Below the pieces are notes generated by a model. The model searched no databases, was not told the DNA's origin, and was given only the letters and a program-made list of their open reading frames with translations. Shown here piece by piece: positions 8,142-15,873 of a stretch of 28,456 nucleotides of DNA. Within the stretch, counting starts at the first letter, position 1; each line of letters starts with the position of its first letter. This stretch comes from a virus (lineage: Duplodnaviria; Caudoviricetes), in IMG/VR virus record IMGVR_UViG_3300018423_000047, positions 1 to 28,456 of that record. One strand, given 5' to 3'. Both the position numbers and the translations under genes were made by a program.

Positions 8142-8181
8142 GGGGCGGCGAGGCGGGAGAAATCCCCGCCGCCCCTCCCGC
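8142..8181 (-). promoter_or_regulatory. GC-rich stem-loop between the SSB-like and primase-helicase genes
   Basis: GGGGCGGCG (8142-8150) pairs with CGCCGCCCC (8167-8175); alternative pairing of GCGGGAG (8153-8159) with CTCCCGC (8175-8181). No U-tract. Confidence 0.5.
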
Positions 8182-8182
8182 A

Positions 8183-8812
8183 TCAGAACAGGTCTGCGCC
8201 TGCCGCTGCCTCGCTCGGAGGAATTGAGGCTGGCGGCGCGACCGGCGCCGGTGCGGGTTCTTGTGCTGGTGCGCCGTCAAAAGACGCCGGGCGATCAGTC
8301 CAGCCCGACAGCGTCCACTGCGGCACACGCCACGTTTGGGTCTGGCCATCGTTCAGCGTCTGCGTCACGCGCTCTGTGCCGGTGATGTCCACGACTGGCA
8401 CCTTGCCCGGGTTCTGGGCCTTGCCAGCCTCATACGCCTGATACAGCGCCAGCATCCGCTCATACACGTTCCTGCTGCTGCTGGACAGTTCACGCAGGCC
8501 CATCTCTTTATTGGTGAGGCGCACGCGAAAGCCCCACTTGTGGTCAGGTGTCGGCTTTTCTGGGCGCTGTTGCCCAGACTTGGCCATATGGAAATCCGGC
8601 GCTGGATTAAAGTGCATCCAACCCATTTCGATCTCAGCCAGATCCATCGCCACCTTGATCGGTGCCTCCAGTTCCTGCTCGTGAGATGTCCACTGGCCAT
8701 CCACTTGCTGCCGATCGACAGCAATGAAGCTGCCGTCCTTGGCTGAGAATTTCAGGATTGGGGTGCGATCCCCGCCGCCGTTGCCGCTTCCGGCTGATTG
8801 ATAACTAAGCAT
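8183..8812 (-). CDS. Putative single-stranded DNA-binding protein
   Basis: Beta-rich, aromatic-rich core followed by a Pro/Ala linker and an acidic-aromatic end (ADLF). Immediately upstream of the primase-helicase. Function inferred from architecture and position. Confidence 0.6.
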   Translation of the reverse strand: MLSYQSAGSGNGGGDRTPILKFSAKDGSFIAVDRQQVDGQWTSHEQELEAPIKVAMDLAEIEMGWMHFNPAPDFHMAKSGQQRPEKPTPDHKWGFRVRLTNKEMGLRELSSSSRNVYERMLALYQAYEAGKAQNPGKVPVVDITGTERVTQTLNDGQTQTWRVPQWTLSGWTDRPASFDGAPAQEPAPAPVAPPASIPPSEAAAGADLF

Positions 8813-8843
8813 CGTCTGTTTACCTCTTTGACGTTTTAGCGTT

Positions 8844-9272
8844 TTAACGTTGGTTCACGATTGTGAACCGGCTTATTGGGAAATGGCACACCAGATCACG
8901 ATCCATCGGGTCATCCCGATCACTGCGACCATTGGCCAAAAACCCCAATTCAAAGTCCTCCGCGAAGCTGATCCGCGCAAGGGCGTCCTTATATAGCACC
9001 ACCATATAGCTGGGCAAGTCTGTCTCAAACGATAGCTGACGCGCTGCTATCACTTTGTGCAAGTTGACCAGCGCTGTCGGATATTTCTGCATGTTAAAGG
9101 TCCGGGCTTTCACCTCGACAAATGCCTTGGGCCGACCATCCTGCATCAGCACATAATCCAGCCGGTAATGTGGCGGCAGCTTGACCAGGTCGTACCCCAG
9201 CCCTTGGAGGGCTGTGGCCACGATCTGCTCATTCTGCCGGTCTAGCTGGCTTTCATACTGTGGTCTGCTCAA
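8844..9272 (-). CDS. PD-(D/E)XK-fold nuclease-like protein
   Basis: NE...YRLDY...FVEVK motif. Likely TTG start at 9272 overlapping the upstream TGA (the ORF track gives 9299). Confidence 0.7.
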   Translation of the reverse strand: MSRPQYESQLDRQNEQIVATALQGLGYDLVKLPPHYRLDYVLMQDGRPKAFVEVKARTFNMQKYPTALVNLHKVIAARQLSFETDLPSYMVVLYKDALARISFAEDFELGFLANGRSDRDDPMDRDLVCHFPISRFTIVNQR

Positions 9273-9493
9273 GATCCGCGCCCCTGTACCGGGCCACACT
9301 GCACGCTGACCACTGGCGGCACGTCATAATTCACCGCAATGTCCTGCGCCACATAAGCCTCGCGCCGTTCAGCATAGAACTCGCATTCCTCGATGGTGCT
9401 GAACCGCGTCTCTTCCTTGCCCATCCAGCAGGGGTTTGTCGGTTGCCCACCAATGTTGATCGCGAAGCAAAAGGCGAGGATTGTTTCATACAT
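9269..9493 (-). CDS. Small Cys-containing hypothetical protein
   Basis: ATG 9493 in a TGATG overlap. Hydrophobic N-terminus, four Cys, F.T.EEC motif. Confidence 0.65.
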   Translation of the reverse strand: MYETILAFCFAINIGGQPTNPCWMGKEETRFSTIEECEFYAERREAYVAQDIAVNYDVPPVVSVQCGPVQGRGS

Positions 9494-9918
9494 CACAGCA
9501 ACTCCCTGCACACCATAACCCAGTCATCCCACGACAGCGTGGCGGTGTAGCGCCAGTCATAGGCATCATGCGTAGCCGCATCATCCCGGCCAAGCACGAC
9601 CAGCGCCTCAATCGGGATGCGCACATTGATCGGCTGGCGATCCAGCTTCCAGATCAGCGCCGGGAATGCGTCATTTGTATTATGCGCAGACCGGCAAGTC
9701 TCGCAGATCTGGTCCCACCACTTTGGGTCCACTGAATTTTTGTAACGCTTCAATTCCAACCGAAAAGGGAACGGCTCACTAGGCGTCAGATCATCCAGCC
9801 CCTTAGTCTGGTATTGCAGGATATTGCGTTTGAACGTGATGTGCGGCGAAAACTCATCGTTCAACATCGATGCGATCTGGCGCTCGAAACTGGCCCCTTT
9901 TTGGCGACCGTTAACCAT
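9493..9918 (-). CDS. Holliday junction resolvase (archaeal Hjc-like, PD-(D/E)XK)
   Basis: Start ATG 9918: MVNGRQKGASFERQIA...DDL...RLELKRY...WWDQ, matching the KG..FER and E.K motifs. Confidence 0.85.
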   Translation of the reverse strand: MVNGRQKGASFERQIASMLNDEFSPHITFKRNILQYQTKGLDDLTPSEPFPFRLELKRYKNSVDPKWWDQICETCRSAHNTNDAFPALIWKLDRQPINVRIPIEALVVLGRDDAATHDAYDWRYTATLSWDDWVMVCRELL

Positions 9919-10111
9919 CGCGCCGCACCAACGAGCGCATTGTCTCAGCCGCCCGGTCCTGACCACTATTGATGCGCCTAGACAGTTCCTGCTCAAGTAT
10001 CTCATCAGCCAACGCCGCCATTGAGCGGTGTGCAGATGTAGCTAGACAGTGCCGCAACATATCGTAAGTGCTTGATCTCAGTCGAAAATGTACCTGTTTG
10101 CTAGGGGCCAT
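9911..10111 (-). CDS. Ribbon-helix-helix (Arc/CopG-like) DNA-binding protein
   Basis: Start ATG 10111: KQVHFRL (beta) RSSTYDMLRHCL (helix) HRSMAALADEILEQEL (helix). First gene of the leftward unit. Confidence 0.65.
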   Translation of the reverse strand: MAPSKQVHFRLRSSTYDMLRHCLATSAHRSMAALADEILEQELSRRINSGQDRAAETMRSLVRRDG

Positions 10112-10208
10112 TGCATTTTTTCCAAAAAAAAGTAGACAACCACCCTTGTACCACAATGGTTGATGTATTATATAGTTCATATGAGTTAATCATCAAAGGG
10201 AGACACCG
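10112..10208. promoter_or_regulatory. Divergent promoter/operator region
   Basis: AT-rich gap between divergent units. Rightward TTGTAC (10146-10151) followed by TATATA (17 nt spacer) or TATAGT (19 nt). Imperfect palindrome at 10137-10162. GGGAG RBS before ATG 10209. Confidence 0.65.
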
Positions 10209-10559
10209 ATGACAAGCGTTTTTACAATTACTGATCTCGAAACAAACCTCGATTGGACAGTTCGCGTTGTGTTTCAAGGTGACAGGTATGGCCGTGATAT
10301 GTGTCTGGTTCACGATGACATTGAACCAATGATTGAGTTTTATGACGCTGAATATAATTTTGAGAAAGACGTTGATGGCCGTGTTCTAGGTCAGTTTGTT
10401 TCTCGTTACTACGCAGAAACCTTGCTTAATGACCACGATATCTCAAGGGGCCTCAACCTTGATGGCGGCATCCCAAAATGGTCAATCAACGCAGCGTGTT
10501 ATCGCGTCATCATTTGCAACTGCGCAGAGATCATTAACGAGCAAAAGGCGGCGGCTTAA
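10209..10559 (+). CDS. Acidic hypothetical protein, first gene of the rightward (probably early) unit
   Basis: 116 aa with good RBS. Motifs GDRYG...EPMIEFYD...GQFVSRYY...GLNLDGG.P.W. Confidence 0.8.
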   Translation: MTSVFTITDLETNLDWTVRVVFQGDRYGRDMCLVHDDIEPMIEFYDAEYNFEKDVDGRVLGQFVSRYYAETLLNDHDISRGLNLDGGIPKWSINAACYRVIICNCAEIINEQKAAA

Positions 10560-10586
10560 CGGCCCCGCCCCAACCGGGAGACAGTC

Positions 10587-11219
10587 ATGACCAAATACGT
10601 TGCTTACTATCGCGTCTCAACCAAGCGTCAGGGCCAATCCGGCCTTGGCCTTGAGGCGCAGCAGCAGCTTGTCGCGCCGTATGCTGACGACATCCTGCAC
10701 AGCTTCACTGAGGTCGAGAGCGGCAAGAACGATGCCCGGCCACAGCTTGATGCCGCGCTTGCATTGTGCCGCGAGACCGGCGCTTCCATCCTGATTGCCA
10801 AGATCGACCGCTTGTCGCGTGACGCCGCATTCCTGATGTCGCTGCGCAAAGCCGGTGTTGAGATCGTTGCCGCTGACATGCCCAATGCTGGCACGCTGGA
10901 GTTCGGCATCCGCGCCGTATTCGCACAGCACGAGCGCGAAGAGATCAGCAAGCGCACCAAGGACGCTCTCGCCGCCGCCAAGGCGCGTGGCGTCAAACTT
11001 GGCTCACCCAACCCACGCGCTGGCGGCTTTGCCTCTGGCGCAGTACGCCGCGAAAAGCAGCAGGCCGCTGCCACGCAGGCAATGCCTATCATCGCGGCGC
11101 TGCGTGAGGCTGGTGCCTCACTCCGCGCCATCGCCAGCAAACTGAATGATGCTGGCATTCCAACTGCACTCGGCGGCAAATGGTACGCCGCCAGCGTGCG
11201 CAACATCATCAACGCATAG
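10587..11219 (+). CDS. Small serine recombinase (resolvase/invertase family) with C-terminal DNA-binding domain
   Basis: YYRVST (catalytic Ser), QGQSGLGLEAQ, ESGK...RPQL, AKIDRLSR, ERE.IS.RTK.AL.AAKARG..LG, SLRAIA..LN..GI.T..GGKW. GGGAG RBS. Confidence 0.93.
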   Translation: MTKYVAYYRVSTKRQGQSGLGLEAQQQLVAPYADDILHSFTEVESGKNDARPQLDAALALCRETGASILIAKIDRLSRDAAFLMSLRKAGVEIVAADMPNAGTLEFGIRAVFAQHEREEISKRTKDALAAAKARGVKLGSPNPRAGGFASGAVRREKQQAAATQAMPIIAALREAGASLRAIASKLNDAGIPTALGGKWYAASVRNIINA

Positions 11220-11231
11220 AGGAGACAAGTG

Positions 11232-11363
11232 ATGCGTGAAAACATAATCGATGCAATTGGCATGATTATCCTGACCGGCTTGGTCATCGTATTCGGGACA
11301 AGCCTTGTGACTGAGGATTGGAACGTCTGGGCCTTGATGGCTCGCTTTGGGGGAGCAGTGTGA
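11232..11363 (+). CDS. Small membrane protein (43 aa)
   Basis: Below the ORF-track cutoff. AGGAG RBS; [43 protein letters not shown]; TGATG coupling to the HNH gene. Confidence 0.7.
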   Translation: MRENIIDAIGMIILTGLVIVFGTSLVTEDWNVWALMARFGGAV

Positions 11364-11962
11364 TGGAGATTATTACGCGCCAAGAGGCGGTTGAGCAAGG
11401 TTTGTCGCACTATTTCACTGGCAAGCCTTGCAAGCGGGGTCACATAGATAAGCGACACACAAAAAGAAAAGTGTGCGCCGCTTGTGATGTGGGTCTAACA
11501 AAAAAAGCGCGGGAGATGGCAAAAGAAAAAGGGGCAAAGCACCACGGCAAACCGTGTAAATATGGTCACACACTTCGCTATTCTTGTTCTTTTACTTGCG
11601 TTGAGTGCGCGAGGTTAGACCGAATAAAAAACAAGGCCAAGCGCCAAAAGTATAAGCGCGAATATTATCTAAAAAATAAAGCAAAAATAATTGATTATAT
11701 GAGGGCTTACGAAAAGGCAAATGGTGTCAAAAGCAGGGGAGAAAGCATAAGGCCTATATGTAAGTCTCTGCGTCCATCGATAATGAGGCTCTACAGGAAG
11801 TCTCGTCAAATGAACAAGGATGCTGGATTTATTAAGTATCACGTTGACCACATCGTGCCACTTAAAGGCGAAAATGTTTGTGGTCTGCATGTGCCGTGGA
11901 ATTTGCAGATAATCACGGCTGAAGAAAATCTGCGTAAATCTAACAAATGGGAGACTGTATAA
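11363..11962 (+). CDS. HNH homing-type endonuclease with two N-terminal Cys/His repeats
   Basis: True start probably ATG 11363. Two GKPCK.GH...C..C repeats. C-terminal [38 protein letters not shown]-rich relative to flanks. Confidence 0.9.
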   Translation: MEIITRQEAVEQGLSHYFTGKPCKRGHIDKRHTKRKVCAACDVGLTKKAREMAKEKGAKHHGKPCKYGHTLRYSCSFTCVECARLDRIKNKAKRQKYKREYYLKNKAKIIDYMRAYEKANGVKSRGESIRPICKSLRPSIMRLYRKSRQMNKDAGFIKYHVDHIVPLKGENVCGLHVPWNLQIITAEENLRKSNKWETV

Positions 11963-12180
11963 TGAGTAACAATAGAAATCATGTATTGGTGTCAGAGTTT
12001 GAGGCTTGGCACAATGATATTAAAATCTCTGCGATGGAGTTTTTTGCAATCAGATATGTCGAAGATGTTTTGCCAACAAAAGAGGAAATCGAATATTTGG
12101 AAAAACATTTTTTGGATGGAGATGACTGCCAGATCGTCATGCTCATCAAAGGACAAATGCAAGAGAGAGGACTGATATAA
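11962..12180 (+). CDS. Small acidic hypothetical protein
   Basis: TAATG overlaps at both ends (start ATG 11962). AT-rich. Confidence 0.65.
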   Translation: MSNNRNHVLVSEFEAWHNDIKISAMEFFAIRYVEDVLPTKEEIEYLEKHFLDGDDCQIVMLIKGQMQERGLI

Positions 12181-13139
12181 TGGTTGGCAAACTGACTAGA
12201 GATGACCAGCTTTCAGCCAGCCGCATCCCGGTTCTACTGAACGCATCACCGTATCAGACCCGCAACGAACTGCTGGCTGAGATGATCGACATCGACCGGG
12301 GAGGCACACCAACCCGCATCCCGCAGAACGAACCGATGTTCTGGGGCGACACGCTGGAAGAGCAGATCCTGACCGTTGCGGCTGAACGCCTCGGCCTCAA
12401 AGATCTGCGCACCAGCTTCCCCGCCGCGTTCCAGCATCCGACACTGCCGCTTGCGGCCAGTCTCGATGGATCTGCCAAGGGCAATCGCAAGTGGGCGTCT
12501 GATCCAGCCAACGGCATCTACACGCCGCAGGGTGGTGACATGATCGACCTGACCGGCGAGATCCTGCTGGAAGCGAAGAATACCAGCGTCATGCCGGAGA
12601 ACCCGCCAGCCGCACATCGCGGTCCTTTGCAGTTGCAGGCCCAGATGATGTGTACTGGCCTCAAAGCCGGGGTCATCGCGGTGCTGTATCGTGGCACTGA
12701 GTTGCGCCTGTTCCTCTACAAAGCCGATCCGGCCATACAGCAACGCATCGTGCTGGCCATCCAAGACTTCGAGGAACGCCGCAAGACTGGTGAGATGTAT
12801 CCAGTGACATCGCCGGAGGATGGCATCGCTGCCTATCCGACCGGCATCGATGACCGGCTGTACTGGGATGATGGCGCAGGCGATGAGGCGACAGCCATTG
12901 ACTGCCTGATGCACGCGCTCAAGCAAAAGGCCAACGCCGAAGAGGACATCGCTGAGTTCACATCATTCCTTATGGACAGGATGGGCCGGTCTGAAGAGGT
13001 TGAGGCGATGGTCGGCAACCGCCGGGTGCTGGTTAAGTGGCCAAGCCGCACATATCGTGCGCAGCCCGAAAAGCTGACCCCGGCCAAGCCGGAGCGCACA
13101 GTTAGATCCAAGACCCTGCAAATCAAGGAACTGGATTGA
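12180..13139 (+). CDS. YqaJ / lambda-exonuclease-like recombination nuclease
   Basis: LSAS, MFWGDTLE, HPTLPLAASLDG, LLEAKN and QLQAQM motifs of the YqaJ family. Confidence 0.9.
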   Translation: MVGKLTRDDQLSASRIPVLLNASPYQTRNELLAEMIDIDRGGTPTRIPQNEPMFWGDTLEEQILTVAAERLGLKDLRTSFPAAFQHPTLPLAASLDGSAKGNRKWASDPANGIYTPQGGDMIDLTGEILLEAKNTSVMPENPPAAHRGPLQLQAQMMCTGLKAGVIAVLYRGTELRLFLYKADPAIQQRIVLAIQDFEERRKTGEMYPVTSPEDGIAAYPTGIDDRLYWDDGAGDEATAIDCLMHALKQKANAEEDIAEFTSFLMDRMGRSEEVEAMVGNRRVLVKWPSRTYRAQPEKLTPAKPERTVRSKTLQIKELD

Positions 13140-13345
13140 TGGCGTTTACAGAGGCACAGAGGCGCATCTGGGATGCGATCAGTATATTCCAGCGGGAATA
13201 CGGCTACACGCCGTCCACGCGGGAATTAGGTCGCTTTATGGGGAAGGGCCAGACCACGATCCAGATGCAATTGACCGGCTTGATCGAGCGGGGCGGGGCT
13301 AGACGCATCAGCAACCGGGCGATAGAATTATTGCCGTTGGAATAA
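13139..13345 (+). CDS. LexA N-terminal-like winged-helix DNA-binding protein (no peptidase domain)
   Basis: TEAQRRIWDAI...GYTPSTRELG...L..L.ERG...RAIEL matches the LexA DNA-binding domain; only ~68 aa. Alternative TTG start at 13136. Confidence 0.8.
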   Translation: MAFTEAQRRIWDAISIFQREYGYTPSTRELGRFMGKGQTTIQMQLTGLIERGGARRISNRAIELLPLE

Positions 13346-13369
13346 AACCAACACCTCCCACCGACAACT

Positions 13370-13398
13370 GCCCCCGGCCCCGCGCCGGGGGTCTTTTT
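13370..13398 (+). terminator. Rho-independent terminator of the rightward unit
   Basis: CCCCCGGC-loop-GCCGGGGG followed by TCTTTTT, at the convergence of the two transcription units. Confidence 0.85.
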
Positions 13399-13756
13399 AT
13401 TTCTTGGACTTTACACTCTCGGCAAGGCCGCCGCCAAAGTAAAAGCCCACGATGATCAGCATGATTTCTCCAATCCAGAAATCACCAAGGATCGCCTTCA
13501 CGCCTTCGATGTCACCCTTGCCTGCCAGCGTCATGCCCAACGTGATCGCAAAGCACAGCAGGAAGGTGAATGCAAACATCAGCGCCAGATAACGCTGGGC
13601 CAGCTTGAACGGCGCATAGGCCGCAAGCAAATCTGTCTTGGCCTTGGACTTAATCGCGACCTCTTCCTCTGTGCTGGTGTGCATGTCATCGATGAGGCTC
13701 ATGCCTTGCTTGATAACGTCACCAGATCCAAGGATCTTTGCCAGTATACTAATCAT
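13397..13756 (-). CDS. Putative holin (3TM GTA-holin-like)
   Basis: IDDMHTSTEEE motif, two clear hydrophobic segments, GFYFGG and a basic tail. Coupled to the lysozyme gene. Confidence 0.7.
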   Translation of the reverse strand: MISILAKILGSGDVIKQGMSLIDDMHTSTEEEVAIKSKAKTDLLAAYAPFKLAQRYLALMFAFTFLLCFAITLGMTLAGKGDIEGVKAILGDFWIGEIMLIIVGFYFGGGLAESVKSKK

Positions 13757-14214
13757 TATAATTGCTCCTCTGCCAGATCTCGTATTCTTTTGACCAGCCG
13801 CTTTGCCCGGTTCGGCACCTGATCGTGCCAGCGGCTATCGACCATCTCATCTGCGGCTTTGATCCAGTCGCGCTCTTCAACCGCAGCCCGAAAATTCTTG
13901 AACTTGGACAGCCGGGGATAGCCAAGGTTGAAGCACATATTGGCTATCACTAGCTGTGCCTCTAATGGCAGATCCGCAAAGTCTGGGAACAGCCGCAGGC
14001 AATCCTCAAGTGTGACGGCAATGTCGAGCGCAAAGCATTGACGCACCCGCTCATCGCTGACCGGCGTGCCTACTGGTTGGCCGTGTTCCGGCTCATGTTC
14101 GCGGATCAAATGCCCTATGCCGTGCGTTGGTAGGCCCAGATGGTCGAGATAGATCTCATGCCGACACCCCTCATCAGCGGCTATCTCAGCGCGTAATCTG
14201 TCTTTATCCATCAT
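13756..14214 (-). CDS. Endolysin, GH24 / T4-type lysozyme
   Basis: DEGCRHEIYLDHLGLPTHGIGHL (E-x8-D-x5-T triad), NMCFNLG, AADEMVDSRWHDQVPNRAKRL. Confidence 0.93.
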   Translation of the reverse strand: MMDKDRLRAEIAADEGCRHEIYLDHLGLPTHGIGHLIREHEPEHGQPVGTPVSDERVRQCFALDIAVTLEDCLRLFPDFADLPLEAQLVIANMCFNLGYPRLSKFKNFRAAVEERDWIKAADEMVDSRWHDQVPNRAKRLVKRIRDLAEEQL

Positions 14215-14657
14215 CTCATCCTGTCTTGCACAATTTGCAGCGCCTTATCCCAAGTGTCCTGCTCAAAGCCCGGCGCAGAGGCGTAGTGCATCGGACGCCG
14301 CTGGCTGTACTGGCGCACCTGTTCGGTGGCGTAATAGGCAACCGTTCGCTCATCCAAAAAACAGTGTGCCACAATGTCCATTTCCTTAATAGTGGGCAGG
14401 GATTTGTTCTTGCAGCCGCTGCCATTTTGAAAGTGATAAAAGGGCCGATGCCCCGGCTTGTCTGTTTTAAGCGTGCTAGTCTTAACCTGTACACGCAGGA
14501 ACATGCCTTCATCGTTGAACGCCAGTATATCGATCTTGTCCTGCGGCGTGTGGACAACCTTCCAGTCACCATCTAGTCGCAGGATCGATGAGCAAACGAT
14601 GAACTCACCAGCCAGCCCGGTCCTTGTTGACAATGCTACTGCATCCCCTTCAGCCAC
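14211..14657 (-). CDS. PD-(D/E)XK endonuclease (homing-endonuclease-like, PDDEXK_5 type)
   Basis: TGLAGE...KIDIL...RVQVKT motif. Start uncertain (GTG 14657 or TTG 14633). Confidence 0.75.
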   Translation of the reverse strand: MAEGDAVALSTRTGLAGEFIVCSSILRLDGDWKVVHTPQDKIDILAFNDEGMFLRVQVKTSTLKTDKPGHRPFYHFQNGSGCKNKSLPTIKEMDIVAHCFLDERTVAYYATEQVRQYSQRRPMHYASAPGFEQDTWDKALQIVQDRMR

Positions 14658-15109
14658 ATTGCCAGCAGTATAAGGCCGCCCACACCAGAGACAACCAGCA
14701 GTATGATTGCCACGATCTCCAAAAACTTGCGGCGTCTCTCGCGCTGTTTGTAGATAGTTTCCTGCCTCTGCTTGCGGATAGAGCCTTCCATCTTAACAAG
14801 CTCATCCCATTTGCTTTGGCCGTAACTATATTGTATGTACTGCTTCAGTTGGGCGCGTTGCTCTTCGGCCTTGTTCTTGGCGGCAAACGCCTCCATTGCC
14901 TGCGCCTCGACAGACTGTCCAGCAAACAGCTTCTTAAATATGGGCGGGTTCTTGGCTTCCTTCTCTGCCTGTTCTAAGTCAGACAGCGCACCCATCCAGC
15001 GTGACAAATCACCAGCCATCTCCTCGATAGACCGTGCGACCTGAAAGCCTCGTTGGATTGTGGTGAAGGCGGCTGATGCTGTTGCGGCGGCAGAGATAGG
15101 ATCAATCAT
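14636..15109 (-). CDS. Conserved-looking phage protein with C-terminal transmembrane anchor
   Basis: MIDPISA.A.A..AF start, helical/coiled-coil body, basic stretch, then IVAIILLVVSGVGGLILLAMW. Confidence 0.75.
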   Translation of the reverse strand: MIDPISAAATASAAFTTIQRGFQVARSIEEMAGDLSRWMGALSDLEQAEKEAKNPPIFKKLFAGQSVEAQAMEAFAAKNKAEEQRAQLKQYIQYSYGQSKWDELVKMEGSIRKQRQETIYKQRERRRKFLEIVAIILLVVSGVGGLILLAMWLKGMQ

Positions 15110-15293
15110 AAATGCGTGTTCCTTCCGGCACCAGCTTCGGCAGGCAGTAGGCGGTTATGGTTGAGCCTTGTTTGTGCAATGTCTGAGCGTACCAGACACA
15201 ATCGGCGAGGCTCCGAAAGTAGAGGTCGTTGCTGACAAGGCGTTGGTCCTCGGCAAGACCCACGAACACAAAAAGTAGGAAAGCATGAACCAC
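15102..15293 (-). CDS. Small hypothetical protein (two Cys)
   Basis: 63 aa, GTG start 1 nt after the upstream stop; hydrophobic N-terminus; YFRS..DC...AYCLP. Confidence 0.65.
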   Translation of the reverse strand: MVHAFLLFVFVGLAEDQRLVSNDLYFRSLADCVWYAQTLHKQGSTITAYCLPKLVPEGTRIYD

Positions 15294-15294
15294 A

Positions 15295-15519
15295 TTATTG
15301 GCGGCTCATTAGCTTATCTAGCTTGGCATCCAAACGGTTCAACGCCTCCATAACGTCACGCATATCCTCACGCAGTTCAAACTTTGTGGCGTAATCCTCG
15401 CGGGTTCTGTTCAATAAAATCTCCAGCCTCTTTTGTTCATCAGCCATACGGTTGACCCACCAGCCACCGCCAGCAATGACTAGTCCAATGAGCAAATCTA
15501 TGAGGCCGGACATTTCCAT
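15295..15519 (-). CDS. Small membrane protein with coiled-coil C-terminus
   Basis: N-terminal TM segment LIDLLIGLVIAGGGWW; TREDYATK.EL...RLDAKLDKL, typical of genes between tail and lysis modules. Confidence 0.75.
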   Translation of the reverse strand: MEMSGLIDLLIGLVIAGGGWWVNRMADEQKRLEILLNRTREDYATKFELREDMRDVMEALNRLDAKLDKLMSRQ

Positions 15520-15522
15520 TGC

Positions 15523-15870
15523 TTACCACCCAGCAGGTACTTTGCCCACGATAGGTGGATTTGCCATCTCGTTAATCTTTGTGTCAAGCATCGCTTGCAT
15601 CTCTGCCTCTGTCTTGCCCAATGAAGCCAGCACCTTTTCTTTGCACCAGTCTTTTGTAACACTGTCAAATGCTACAAAGTTATCTGCATTAGCTTCACCA
15701 GCACTTGCTGTGCCGTATGTTGATGTTGACAAGGCATTGCCTTCAGCGTCTGTTTCACTGTCACTGACAGCAGTTATGCGCCAGTGAATAGTTTTGATTA
15801 CGTCTGACAAAGCACCTTCGGTGGGGGCTGTGTCAAGTGTTGGGAAATCCCAAGCATATGTGTTTGCCAT
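15523..15870 (-). CDS. Tail-fibre-associated hypothetical protein
   Basis: 115 aa with GAGGAG RBS. Motifs TYAW, DVIKTIHW, FVAFDSVT..W and terminal P..W. Confidence 0.75.
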   Translation of the reverse strand: MANTYAWDFPTLDTAPTEGALSDVIKTIHWRITAVSDSETDAEGNALSTSTYGTASAGEANADNFVAFDSVTKDWCKEKVLASLGKTEAEMQAMLDTKINEMANPPIVGKVPAGW

Positions 15871-15873
15871 TTT

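Noticed and set aside
10547-10570. GC hairpin at the end of the 116-aa gene as a terminator
   Set aside because: Imperfect stem with no U-tract, lying inside an operon; not supportable as a terminator.
10628-11458. 276-aa minus-strand ORF
   Set aside because: Antisense to the serine recombinase, which has a full motif set; Ser/Ala/Arg-rich shadow composition.
12246-12926. 226-aa minus-strand ORF
   Set aside because: Shadow of the YqaJ gene in GC-rich sequence.
13139-13345. Host lexA gene or pseudogene
   Set aside because: A complete short ORF coupled to the upstream gene and followed by a terminator, with no peptidase remnant downstream; treated as a phage DNA-binding protein.
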